DNA of 30,328 nucleotides from Octopus sinensis (taxonomy: Eukaryota). Shown one piece after another: positions 1 to 11,023 of this stretch (position 1 is the first letter of the stretch; every line of letters begins with the position of its first letter). The stretch is taken from assembly GCF_006345805.1 (NCBI RefSeq), contig NW_021832630.1, forward strand, positions 1-30,328, given 5' to 3'. The notes under the pieces are model-generated. The model was not told the origin of the DNA and did no database searches. It worked only from the letters and a program-made list of their open reading frames with translations. The position numbers and the translations under genes are program-made.

Positions 1-262
1 GCAGTAGTAGTAGTAGTAGTTAGTAGAGTAGTAGTAGTAGTTGCAGTAGCAGCAGCAGCAACAGCAGTAGCAGCAGCAGCAGCAACAGCAGCAGTAGCCA
101 CGGTGATTGATGTTAATGGTGATAGACGTCGTTGATTTCTTCAAGTTATCTATGGATTTCTTGTATTTCTGTTCAGAATTTTTTTTATTAGCGTATTCTT
201 CGTCGTCGTTGTTGTCGCCATTGTTGTCGTCGCCTTCGTCGGCGAAGTCGTTGTCGTTGCTG
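1..262. repeat. Compound trinucleotide microsatellites (TAG/CAG)n and (TCG/TTG)n
   Basis: Directly visible repeat units. Confidence 0.9.
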
Positions 263-274
263 TTCCCTGTTTTA

Positions 275-415
275 TAAGGTTGTCCCAAAAGTTCGTAGAA
301 AGTCTTGGAAAATAATGGTCTTTATCTTGAGGAATAGTTTTTGTTGTTTTTGTTAGTACTTGGCGAGTAAAAATTCAATTTTCGCAAGTGTTTACGAACT
401 TTTGGGACAACCTAA
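275..415. mobile_element. Tc1/mariner-type MITE, 141 bp
   Basis: 23 bp TIRs with 22/23 match (275-297 taaggttgtcccaaaagttcgta; 393-415 tacgaacttttgggacaacctaa). TA on both sides (273-274, 416-417). TTAGGTTG-type terminus is typical of mariner. Confidence 0.85.
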
Positions 416-434
416 TAATATCAGGCTCTTCTCA

Positions 435-895
435 TATTCATACACATACAGACACATATACGCATGTGTGTATGTGTGTGCGTATACTGAGAGAGAGAGA
501 GAGAGAGAAGAGAGAAAGAGAGAGAGATGGTGAAAATATGATATTGAGTACATGTGCATATTTTGTGTGTATGTATGTATGTGTGTATATAGATATATGT
601 AAATGTGTGTGTGTGCGTATATGCATATATATATACCTATATGTATATACATATATAGATGCATATATATATATATATAAATGTACATATATATATATTA
701 TATATATATATCTATACGTACATACGAACATGGATATATATATATGTGTGTGTGTGTGCGTGTGTGTCTGTGTGCGTGTATATATATACGTATACATGTA
801 TATATATACATATATATACGCATACATATATTTATGTGCCTCACACGAATAATGCGCATATTTTTATAGAATATATAACGACTGTAGTATTTTTC

Positions 896-934
<39 letters not shown>

Positions 935-1056
935 CATGAATATAAACACACACACATATATGTGTATATATATATGTAAATACACATGCATATATATATG
1001 TATATATGTACATCACACACACACACACACATTCACACACACACACAGACACACAC
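435..1056. repeat. (CA/TG)n, (GA)n, (TA)n dinucleotide mosaic
   Basis: Visible; explains the YI/VC/HT-rich ORFs. Confidence 0.95.
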
Positions 1057-1307
1057 AAGCATTTATTGAAGAAATATTCTGGACGTTTTCTCTCCAATAA
1101 AGCTGGAGACGGTATCCAAGGAACAAGGTTCAGTCAGTGATATTCAGACGACAGCTGTGTACATTTAAATGTTGAACTTAAAAAACAAAACAAAAAAAAC
1201 CCCACTTATTTCTTCTCTTGCTTCTTTTGTTCAGAAATAGATTCTCGATAATAGAAATTGAGTGCTTGCTTGCTCTGTCTTTGAACAAAACGGCCATTTT
1301 TTTATTA

Positions 1308-1786
1308 TTTCTTCTTCTTCTTCTTCTTCTTCTTCTTCTTCTTCTTCTCTTCTTCTTCTTCTTCTTCTTCTTCTCCTCCTCCTCCTCATTCTCCTCCTCC
1401 TCCTCCTCCTCATTCTCCTCCTCCTCCTCCTCCTCCTCATCATCATCATCATCGCAATCGTCATCATTATCATCGTGACCACCGTTATCACCACTACAAG
1501 CACAACTATAACCAGCACGATCGCCGCCGTCGCCACTACCACGACCACCACCATCACGACCACACCCACAACGACCACCACCACCACGACCACGACCACC
1601 ACCGTCGCCACCACCGCCACCGCCGCCACCGCCATCACCACCAGCCTCATCGTCATCGTCGTCATCATCATCATCATCTTCCCGTCCTCGGCCTCCTCTT
1701 CATCATCATCATCATCATCCTCGTCGTCGTCATCTTCATCATCGTTTTAGTAATCATCATCATCATCATCATCACCATCACTACTG

Positions 1787-1831
<45 letters not shown>

Positions 1832-1930
1832 CTTCTCCTCCTCCTCCTCCTCTTTCTTGTTCTTCTTGTTCTTGTTCTTGTTCTTGTTCTTGTTCTTCTT
1901 CTTGTTCTTGTTCTTCTTGTTCTTCTTCTC
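1308..1930. repeat. Compound trinucleotide array (TCT, CCT, CAT, CAC/ACG, TAC, TTG/TTC)
   Basis: Visible; explains the poly-S/L/I/T ORFs. Confidence 0.95.
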
Positions 1931-2214
1931 CGTTCTGGTTGCTGTTATTCTACAATTACTCCTTTACTAAGATTTACAGATAACGATAATGATTATTGCA
2001 ACACATCTGGAACGAAAGATAAGTGAGTGAAACGCAAGAATTCGGGGCAACTTGTGGTTGTTTACGATGGAAAAATATTAAGTGGGAAAACACTTCGCCA
2101 ACGTCGACGCAGTTATTTTGCGGTGAGACAGGAGATCTTTTCGTTACACTCTAAGCGCTCTAGCCCGGCGATTTTGACTTCTCTGTTCTCTTTCTGTCTT
2201 TTATGGCAAATATA

Positions 2215-2335
2215 ACTAATTCTTATTCTACTTTGTGAAGTTTTTGAAAGATAATTCAATGGGGGGTATGTTTAAAAATGAGAGCTAATTCAGGAGTGTT
2301 GACCTCATCCCTCCAAAATTTGAGAAAAAATGTTG
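2215..2335. mobile_element. Possible decayed end of a DNA-transposon-like repeat
   Basis: ttattctactttgtgaag...ccaaaatttgagaaaaaatg resembles a recalled octopus repeat terminus; no partner end in the window. Confidence 0.25.
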
Positions 2336-2639
2336 TGGCTGTCGTTGTTGCTCCTGTTAATAGACCACCGAATTAACTCTTGCTCAGATCGGGACGATTG
2401 ATAATTAAAGGTTTTCCAACTGTTGCCAGTTAATCTTTCACTAAAATATAATATATGGAAGACTACATTATTGAAAAGTATATACCACTTACATAGTACT
2501 TTTAAACCCATTATCGTTACATACATACCTTTAAAACCAAATTCTATTTTCATTCCCATTCTTTTTGAATCCTTATAGAAAATAGTCAACATTTTTATAA
2601 TTTAAAGCGATATATCGAGTTGCATCTCTCGATGTAAAG

Positions 2640-2770
2640 AAAAGTAACTCGGTAATCGATGAAGCAGAACGATATAAGTACGGGAGATAGATATAACAGC
2701 CAAAAACACTTGAAGGCACTGCCCCAGCATGGCATCAGTTTAAAGCCCGCCAGCAGTTACAGAATAAAAG
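2640..2770 (+). mobile_element. Degenerate SINE family A 3' part
   Basis: cgatataagtac...aaggcactgccccagcatggcatcagt...aataaaaga aligns to the family A tail. Confidence 0.55.
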
Positions 2771-2806
2771 AATTATATGCACGGAGGAGCCCCTCATATA
2801 TATATA

Positions 2807-2845
<39 letters not shown>

Positions 2846-2950
2846 TAAATAAATGGGCCACAACGAAGTACCATATGCACTAACTACAAATTACGAAAGA
2901 GCTCACATTTGCACGACGTTTCCAAATATCAACCTATTTTTACATATAAA

Positions 2951-3090
2951 TAAAAGCCAAAATATTCGTAATTGTACTAAAAACAGATGATGTCTGTCTT
3001 TTTTTTCTTCTCGTACTAAAAGTGCATGCATTTGTGAACCTAACTAAAAGTACATTCTTGCACTTTTAGGTGTACTTGTAATTTTAGTAG
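2951..3090 (+). repeat. Dispersed ACTAAAAGT-motif repeat, copy 1
   Basis: aaaagccaaa.tatt.gta.ttgtactaaaa...ctaaaagt.catgcatttgt is shared with 12340-12500(+) and 7735-7886(-). Confidence 0.65.
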
Positions 3091-3314
3091 CAACAATAAC
3101 ACACATGTGTCTTTCCTATCTATTTAATGATGAAAAAATGCTCAAATGAAATAATGACATGGGGACTATCCAAGAACGCACAGTGTTTATATTGTCTGAG
3201 AGTGAATTACGTTACGCCTGCTTTCACACAGAAACTTACTCTCGTATATACACAGATATATATATATATATATAAGCACACGCGCTCAAACACGCGCATA
3301 TATATTTTTTAAAA

Positions 3315-3493
3315 TCTTTTATTTGTTTCAGTCATTTGACTGCGGCCATGCTGGAGCACCGCCTTAGTCGAAAAAATCGGCCTCGGGACTAAGCCTAGTA
3401 CTTGTTCTATCGGTCTCTTTTGCCGAACTGCTAAGTTAAGACACACCAGTATAGGTTGTCAAGGGATGTTGGGGGATCAAACACAAACACACA

Positions 3494-3532
<39 letters not shown>

Positions 3533-3631
3533 ATACACGACGTGCTTCTTTCAGTTTCTGTCTACCAAATCCACTCACAAGGCTTTGGTCGGATGAGGCT
3601 ATAGTGGAAGACACTTACCCAAGTTTTCACG
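3315..3631 (-). mobile_element. tRNA-headed SINE family A, 5'-truncated
   Basis: Aligns to the full copy at 23966-24372; internal (CA)n. Confidence 0.9.
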
Positions 3632-3688
3632 CAACCAATCCTGCTTATATTTGTGTGTATATATATATCTATATAAATATATATATAC

Positions 3689-4697
3689 ATTTTATTTTAG
3701 CTTCAGCTCAAAGCTGTGGCCATGCTGGGGCACCGCCGTTTACCTACACTGTTATCATTGAGAGCTTCCTCTGATATGTAGGCTTTGGTCAATAAGGGAG
3801 TTTGATGTGTCGTTGCCCTCATTTGTGCCTCCTGCCGCGATGTAGGTTCATCTGGGACTCTCGACAAGAAAAGATCCAGTTTTGTTTTGAAAACACCTAT
3901 ATCTACTTTGTGTAGGGCCCTCAAGCTCTTTGGGAGAACATTAAAAAGATGTGGGTCCTTGAAATCCAGGCTGTTGCAGTAACTGATCCTGAAGTGCGAC
4001 CGCATTGTTGTAATCTTTGGGGCTGTGCAGTGGCGAATATTTCTGGCATTTGAGTAGCTTTCAATGCCAAAATTTGGCACAGTCTCTTCCAGAATCTTCC
4101 AGATGCATATTACTTCATACCTCGTCCGCCTTCGATCCAGGGTGTAGAGTCTTAGCTGTTTCAGCCTTTCCCAATAGTTGAGCTGTTGAAATAAGACAAT
4201 ATTCTTTATGAAGCTTCGCTGGATTGCTATGAGGCGACCATAGTTGGGAGCAGTAATTCAGGCGGCTGAGGACGAATGTCCTCCAGAGGACCATCACGTT
4301 TTCCTTCTCTCTGGTTCTGGAGGTTTTCAGGATCCATCCATCCAGCTATCTGCACTTTGTCGCCATCTTAGTAATGTGCACTTGGAAAGAGGTATCATCA
4401 CTCATGTCGATGTCCATGTCACGCACTGATTTAGGTTCAGGGATTGTGACCCCCTCTTGGCCAGTGTACTCAGTAAGTTTTTCTTTCAGCTTGTGTGCTG
4501 GTAGCGCAGAACTTAGAATTTTCCAGCATTAAACTGCATATTATTGTTCTCTGCCCATCTCTAAATTACGTCCAACTCCTACTGGTGGCTTGCAGCATCG
4601 CTAGGGTTTTGTATTTTCTGCGAGACTTTCGAATAGTGTGCGTAGCTAGCAAGGGTGGCTCTCCGGGCAGCTGAGGGCATATCTGAGAGAGCCACTA
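3689..4697 (-). mobile_element. 5'-truncated CR1-clade LINE relic (RT C-terminal half, thumb and 3' UTR)
   Basis: Manual translation: SYAHYSKV (decayed YADD), RWAENNNMQFNAGKF, VRDMDI.MSDD, LWRTFVLSRLNYCSQLWSP, LNYWERLKQLRLYTLDRRR, HLFNVLPKSLR...FKTKLDLFLSRVPDEP. Several stops, frameshifts and a deletion. Confidence 0.9.
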
Positions 4698-4714
4698 TGA
4701 AAAGCCGTGTACAT

Positions 4715-4994
4715 ATAAGCATATATATATATATAATATATATATATATATATAGATATATATATACAATATGTATTATGTATGTATTAGATATATATAT
4801 ATATATAATATATATATATATTTATAATATATATATATATATGCGTGTGTATATACATATATAACTAGAAAAAGGAGGAAGAAAAAAACATAGATTACAT
4901 CAGCACATCGATTGGACCACATTTTAAACATTGTTTATTGATATAAGGCAAGACATAAACAAAGCTAACAGCTGTTTCTAATCAACCGGTCATT

Positions 4995-5064
<70 letters not shown>

Positions 5065-5157
5065 TATAAATATAATATGTATATATAATGAATGAGAAGT
5101 GGATGGAGAGAAAAAAGGAAGGATTCAAGGGCCAAGTAGGAATGAGGTTCCATGGGG

Positions 5158-5203
<46 letters not shown>

Positions 5204-5251
5204 CACATACATTACATTACACACACACACGCAATATATATATATATATAG

Positions 5252-5283
<32 letters not shown>

Positions 5284-5400
5284 GGCACACATACACACAC
5301 ACGCACACACAGTCACACACACATATTTATATATATATACACATACATGGATGCATACATCCATATGCATACATACACAAGTACGCACACATACATGCAC
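4715..5400. repeat. (TA)n/(CT)n/(CA)n mosaics with short unique spacers
   Basis: Visible. Confidence 0.9.
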
Positions 5401-5462
5401 ATTTATAATAAAAAAAGCAAAGAAACTGTGCATTAAGTCGACGTTTAGGAAAACTAGAAGCA

Positions 5463-5503
5463 GTCTTTAACGTTTCGAGCATACGCTCTTTTACCGAAAA
5501 GAC
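5463..5503 (-). mobile_element. Penelope-like tail with decayed hammerhead topology
   Basis: GTCTTT/AAAGAC outer stem, GAGC-GTAT-GCTC stem II, GAAACGTT; the CUGANGA box is degenerate. Confidence 0.4.
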
Positions 5504-5647
5504 AGATGAGGAGAGAAAAAATACAGAGAGAAAAAAACAAAAAACAAACATGTATCAGTTAGACAATCACTGTATGCGGAAAAAAAATTATGACTAAAAT
5601 TCTACTTCTTTTTAAACCAGAACAATAGAAAATATAACCCTTAGTCG

Positions 5648-5825
5648 AGAACAGTGTCGGTCGGGGAGTTTGACTGGGACGGTACGTCTGTCAAACGGTA
5701 GCGCAGGTGTCCCAAGGCGAGCACAGCGTGGACGGAAACCACACGTCGAACAAAAGTGCAAAAGCGCGCTCGATCTCGATTTTCAGTACGAATACGGACC
5801 GCGAAAGCGTGGCCCATCGATCTTT
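5648..5825 (+). pseudogene. 28S rRNA: Orphan 28S rRNA fragment (domain V, peptidyl-transferase-centre region)
   Basis: ggggagtttgactgggacggtacgtctgtcaaacggtagcgcaggtgtcccaaggcgag...gattttcagtacgaatacggaccgcgaaagcg matches the conserved eukaryotic LSU sequence GGGGAGTTTGACTGGGGCGGTACA.CTGTCAAACGGTAACGCAGGTGTCC...GATTTTCAGTACGAATAC; flanks are not rDNA. Confidence 0.92.
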
Positions 5826-6437
5826 TCCGCCGTATTTTTGCGACTGCTCCCGTGTATGAAAGAACCTTTTGTTCGATGAAGCCTCAGAAGTAACGATGTT
5901 TCCTCATCTTGAACACGAGTGATATTACAACCACCGGAGCGAAAATTTCCGCTGGCTGTTTGTGGTTTGACGAACATCGAATCATGATATGCACTCATGT
6001 TGGAGATGTTGATTAGGAAACGATATATTTCAAAAACAAACTGCACATTTAGATGAGGTGAAAGACATGAAGAGAGTATATAGTATTGTTTGCTCAGAGA
6101 ACTAACCAAGAAGTGTGTGTGTGTCAATCGAAATAGTCATAGTTGATCTAGCGTGCTATGAACTGGACTCTATTTTTTTGTTTTATTTCTTTTTATTCTT
6201 TTTAGTAATCATTATGTGGATACTAAAAGCGCGCGCGCGTACACACACAAACATAAATAGATATCTTGTGTGTTGAATATGTTGCCTACAACATGCAAGA
6301 TGTTCCATCTGGAGAGTGTAGGGTGTATGCTCAGGCGATACTGGACTCACCTTCGAAACATGAAATAACATACTTTGCCTTCGAACGGATGTGTACGTAT
6401 GTACGTATGCATGTATGAATATATGCATGCATGTATG

Positions 6438-6473
<36 letters not shown>

Positions 6474-6476
6474 AAC

Positions 6477-6860
6477 GCGGCAAGCTGGCAGAAACTTTAG
6501 CACGCCGGGCGAAATGCGTAGCCGTATTTAGTCTGCTGTTACGTTCTGAGTTCAAATTCCGCCGAGGTCGATTTGCTTTTCATCCTTTCGGGGTCGGTAA
6601 ATTAAGTATCAGTTACGTACTGGGGGTCGATGTAATCGACTTAATCCGTTTGTCTGTCCTTGTTTGTCCCCTCTGTGTTTAGCCCCTGTCGTTACGTTCC
6701 GAGTTCAAATTCCACCGAGGTCGACATTGCCTTTCATCCTTTCGGGGTTGATAAATCAAGTACCAGTTTCGCACTGGGGTCCATGTAATCGACTTAATTC
6801 CTTTGTCTGTCCTTGTTTGTCCTCTCTATGTTTAGCCCCTTGTGGGTAGTAAAGAAATAT
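6477..6860 (+). mobile_element. tRNA-headed SINE family B with ~152 bp internal tandem duplication
   Basis: A box tggcagaaac, B box gagttcaaattcc; body 6537-6687 repeated at 6688-6840; tail gtgggtagtaaagaaata. Confidence 0.9.
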
Positions 6861-6872
6861 ATATATATATGT

Positions 6873-7188
6873 GCAGACCATGGGATTGCACCTAGAAAAT
6901 TACCCTCCTAGGCACAAGTCCAGGCAAAGTTGTTTATGGAAGACCAGCAGTTTCCCATGCATACCGGCCTACCCTCTCCACGCCACCAGTGTTATCCAAG
7001 GGAAAGGCAAAGGCCGATACAACTTGGCACATGTGATGTCGCAACTCATTTCTACAGCTGAGTTAACTGGAGCAACGTGAAATAAAGTGCCTTGTTCAGG
7101 AACACAACACGCGGCCCGGTCCGGGATTCGAACTCACAACTTCATGATCGTAAGCACGACGCTGTAACCACTGGGCCATGCGCCTTCA
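6873..7188 (-). mobile_element. tRNA-headed SINE family D
   Basis: Reverse complement begins ggcgcatggcccagtggttacagcg...gagttcgaatccc (A and B boxes), then a non-tRNA body; atatatatgtg on both flanks. Confidence 0.85.
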
Positions 7189-7310
7189 GAAAATATATAT
7201 GTGTGTGTATTAGACAGGCATTCTCAAACAAATATAACTGCACTGATATCAATGTGTGTGTATGTTAGATATATATATATATATATATTATATATGTGTG
7301 TGTGTGTATG

Positions 7311-7385
<75 letters not shown>

Positions 7386-7734
7386 ATATGTATGTATATA
7401 TATATAACATAAACATATATGTATCTATATATTTTTATGTGCTATATGACCCTGTAACTGTACAAAATATGTGCGTACGTACGTATATGCATATAGTACG
7501 TGAATATGCGTATGAAGCAGGCGCACCGGTTGTCTGTATGTGTGCGTGCGTACGTGTGTGGGTGTATCTTTTTGCGCAAGCAAACACGTAACGTAATACC
7601 ATCTCTCCACAAACCAATCGCCTCAGAGTGTTTCAATGGCACATTTGACATTGCCATTATTTTTTTCCTCATCAGATACTTTAGGATGCACAAAGCGTCT
7701 TGTTTATGCGATTGGTGCCGTTAGTAGAATTACA

Positions 7735-7886
7735 TCCATAACTAAAAGTGCTGCTAGGTTTACTGAAGATACATGTACTATTAGCTACAATCACAAATGC
7801 ATGAATGCATGTACTTTTAGTGCAAGTAGGAAAGAAAACATGCTTGTTGGTACAACTACAAATATTGTCTTTTAGTTATAAGTACA
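7735..7886 (-). repeat. Dispersed ACTAAAAGT-motif repeat, copy 2
   Basis: Reverse complement aligns with 12340-12500. Confidence 0.7.
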
Positions 7887-7965
7887 TAACAAAGATAATT
7901 CAATACTTGGAATTATAAAACTGATGAAAACCTGTCTCGAATATTTCGTAATGTTTGCATACAGT

Positions 7966-7976
7966 ATGTATGTATG

Positions 7977-8008
<32 letters not shown>

Positions 8009-8143
8009 TGTATGTATGTATGTATGTACGTATGTATGTATGTATGTATGTATGTATGTATGTATGTATGTATGTATGTATGAATGTTTGTTTGTATGTA
8101 TGTATGTATGTATGTATGTATATATGTATGTATGCATGTATGT
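7966..8143. repeat. (TATG)n tetranucleotide tract
   Basis: Visible. Confidence 0.95.
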
Positions 8144-8348
8144 CATTATTCAGGTTATTTGAAGATTTCTTGCCTATAGAGAAAGAACCGGTTTCTAACA
8201 TAGATTAAAGGTTCCTTCATTGGAATTTCAACATCATCAAGAGAGTATTTTTGTATGTATGTATGTATTTATGTATGTACGTATGTATGTATGTGCAGAT
8301 TTGTATGTCTTATGTATTCTCATGCGTATAGTTGCATATCTAGACATG
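8144..8348 (-). mobile_element. 3' UTR-only copy of the R4/Dong-like element
   Basis: Aligns with 24950-25152 (ttcag..ttattt.aaga.ttcttgcc.atagagaaaga..cggtttctaac.tagattaaagg.tccttcat.ggaatttcaa). Confidence 0.85.
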
Positions 8349-8476
8349 TATGTATGTATATATCCACATAACTATTTATACATATTCATGTAAGATATAT
8401 ACATATGCATATAGAATATATGTATAAACAAATATGTACACACTTTATATGTATGTATATATATCAAAGAGAGAAA

Positions 8477-8512
<36 letters not shown>

Positions 8513-8976
8513 TAAAGAAAAGAGAGAGAGAGAGAGGGGGAGGAGGCTATAGAAAGAATATGGTTGAGATTGGAATATCCAACCTTTCAGAAAGGGACTT
8601 CTTAGTAAATTTGAAGGAGGGAAATAACATACATCAATGTTTTACGTCTTTAATGTTCGAGAATTGGCTGCAACCGATGAGGAACACATATATACATGCA
8701 CACACACACACACACACATACATACATATATATTATTATATGAATATATAATTCAAATGGTTTAAAATATACTATAATGTAAAATGAACTATAGGCAGAG
8801 AAACAGAAGTAATGATGAAAGCAACTTGCACTTTACCTTATATTTCTATAATTTAGGATGAATTCTCCTTTGTCAGGAGAAAAATAAAAGATGGTGGCGT
8901 GCTAGAATCTTTTACACAGATATGTGAGCCTAGTGGATGTGTTTGCGATGTGCGTAGACTGTTATTGTTAAAATGA

Positions 8977-9475
8977 TCAATCTGCGTCGTGTAACTCTCG
9001 ATCGTTGTTGATCAGTGGCTTTAGTTTATGAACGAGATTTTATCTGATCCTCACACTATCGATATTATGTTTGTTTTTACTTGAAGTGTAACTGTAAAGT
9101 CTCATGTGAGGCATGTCATTATGTGTTCTTTGAATGGTGTGTTTGCATGTGTTCCGTGTTCCTTGATGTGGATATGTAGTTTCGGATAGTGCTTCCAGTA
9201 CATAAACTGGTACATTTGCTGCAGACTGTTTGGTACATTAACTAGGCCCTCACAATTAATATGGTTACCCAGCGTGTACTCCTCGTTGCGGTCCATTGAT
9301 TTGATTCTCGGACAGGAATTTTCACTAAGATGGAATAAAGAGTTCGGTCTCTACCGATCACTCGGTGGATAGCAGAAGTGGTCCAATCATCGAGATACTG
9401 CAGTCTTATGAAGCATATACCATTTCTGGATGTGTGGGCCCTTCTTTGGTATCTTATTACTCTTCTACCGTTTGG
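8977..9475 (-). mobile_element. Penelope-like element relic: linker plus GIY-YIG endonuclease, frameshifted
   Basis: Stitched frames give FIRLQYLDD...RTLYSILVK...LMYQTVCSKCTSLCTGSTIR/KLHIHIKEH...FKEHIMTC...KLKPLINNDREL*. This follows the PLE pattern VY.I.C..C...YIG.T.R.L..RI.EH...H...C...LKP.IN. Confidence 0.7.
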
Positions 9476-9539
9476 CGAAAGATGGTGAGTAGCCGGTATT
9501 AAATAAAACCATCACAATTTCGGCACCTGAGATAAATAA

Positions 9540-9770
9540 GGCGGCGAGCTGGCAGAATCGTTAGCACGCCGGGCGAAATGCTTAGTGGTATTTCGTCTGC
9601 CGTTACGTTCTGGGTTCAAATTCCGCCAAGGTCGACTTTGCCTTTCATCCTTTCGGGGTCGATTAAATAAGTACCTGTTACACACTGGGGTCGATGTAAT
9701 TGACTTAGTCCGTTTGTCTGTCCTTGCTTGTCCTCTCTGTGTTTAGCCCCTTGTGGGTAGTACAGAAATA
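9540..9770 (+). mobile_element. SINE family B, full length
   Basis: ggcggcgagctggcagaatcgttagc...gggttcaaattccgcc...gtgggtagtacagaaata. Confidence 0.92.
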
Positions 9771-9806
9771 GGTATTAAATAAAACCTTTAGAAAACACGC
9801 ACGCAG

Positions 9807-9853
<47 letters not shown>

Positions 9854-10579
9854 CATTGGGAAAATGTCTCAGACAACAAAGAAGAAACAAATTCTAAGGA
9901 ACTGGGACCCCCCCCCCCAGCACAAATAGACCTACACAAGTCTGACCTCTTCATCAATTGCCAAGTGGAAACCATCACAATTTCGGTACCTGAGATAAAA
10001 TAGTTCCTGCCACCGATGCCTATTAGTGATCTGAACTACGAAGGTATAGACTGGAACGCATAAGAAACGAACTAAGACGAGTAAAATCAGATTACGGGTT
10101 TCGAAATACAACAGTATAAAGAGTGATCAAGAGAAAAGGCAAATGTTCTTCGGATGGAAACTAATTTTAAGTCAGGTGGGACGAAATACAATAAAAGTAC
10201 AAAATGAAACGAAAAGGGAAGTGTAAACATCTATAGTTGAACGTATGCCTACAACATTCAATGTATGATGGAAAAAATACAAAAGAAAGCGAACGATTAT
10301 TAAATAAATGGTCTTTCGAATGTGCACTAAATACATGACTCTTGTGTTACTAAGGTATGAATGAAAGGAAAGCGCTTTACGACCTTAAAATCGAATAAAA
10401 CGAGACAAGGGATATGTCCAGATGTAGCTCGGGTGAAGTGAAGGCAATGATTGTCGAACGGACGAAAAAAGGAGCAGGAGGGAGAAGTGTGAGGTAGCTC
10501 CTTGTGAGGGGGGGTTATAGGAGGAGATTGAATATGAAACAAACATTCAAACATAAATACATAGACACTCACATTGACA

Positions 10580-10613
10580 TGTATGTGTGTGTGTATATAT
10601 ATATATATATATC

Positions 10614-10700
<87 letters not shown>

Positions 10701-10971
10701 TCTGATTCCATTTAATATGAAGCAGTATAAACGACTCAAGAGATTAGAATTTCCTTTGATAGCTTTGTCAAAGTGATAAGCGTTGTCAGTGAAACTCTAG
10801 GTCCTTGACTATATAATTTATATGTACAGCTAAAATACATACTTACATACGTACATACATACATACATACATACATACAAACATACATATATACGTACAT
10901 ACATACTAACAAACATACATATATACGTACATACATACATATATTTATATAAATGCATATGACGTGTATAT

Positions 10972-11007
<36 letters not shown>

Positions 11008-11008
11008 A
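10580..11008. repeat. (TG)n/(TA)n/(ATAC)n tracts around a unique spacer
   Basis: Visible. Confidence 0.9.
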
Positions 11009-11023
11009 GAATGTGTTTTATAA

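Noticed and set aside
1-300. Open minus-strand frame NSNDNDFADEGDD...KKSIDNLKK running off the window
   Set aside because: Mostly decayed triplet repeats, poor acceptor, ends in poly-C/Y microsatellite.
350-365. TTAGTACTTGG resembling 5S rRNA box C
   Set aside because: Only 11 nt, inside the MITE, with no surrounding 5S sequence.
4960-4995. GAAACAGCTGTT palindrome on minus strand (PLE-type half motif)
   Set aside because: The 5' half of the core is absent, replaced by (GA)n.
5783-6127. 114 aa minus-strand ORF
   Set aside because: Overlaps antisense 28S sequence; no recognisable domain.
7610-7675. Minus-strand CTGATGA...AATGGCA/TGCCATT-GAAAC hammerhead look-alike
   Set aside because: 10 extra nt between core and stem II, and no stem I or III in register.
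9330-9490. Plus-strand candidate exon ending ATG|GTGAGT
   Set aside because: Better explained as antisense of the Penelope relic.
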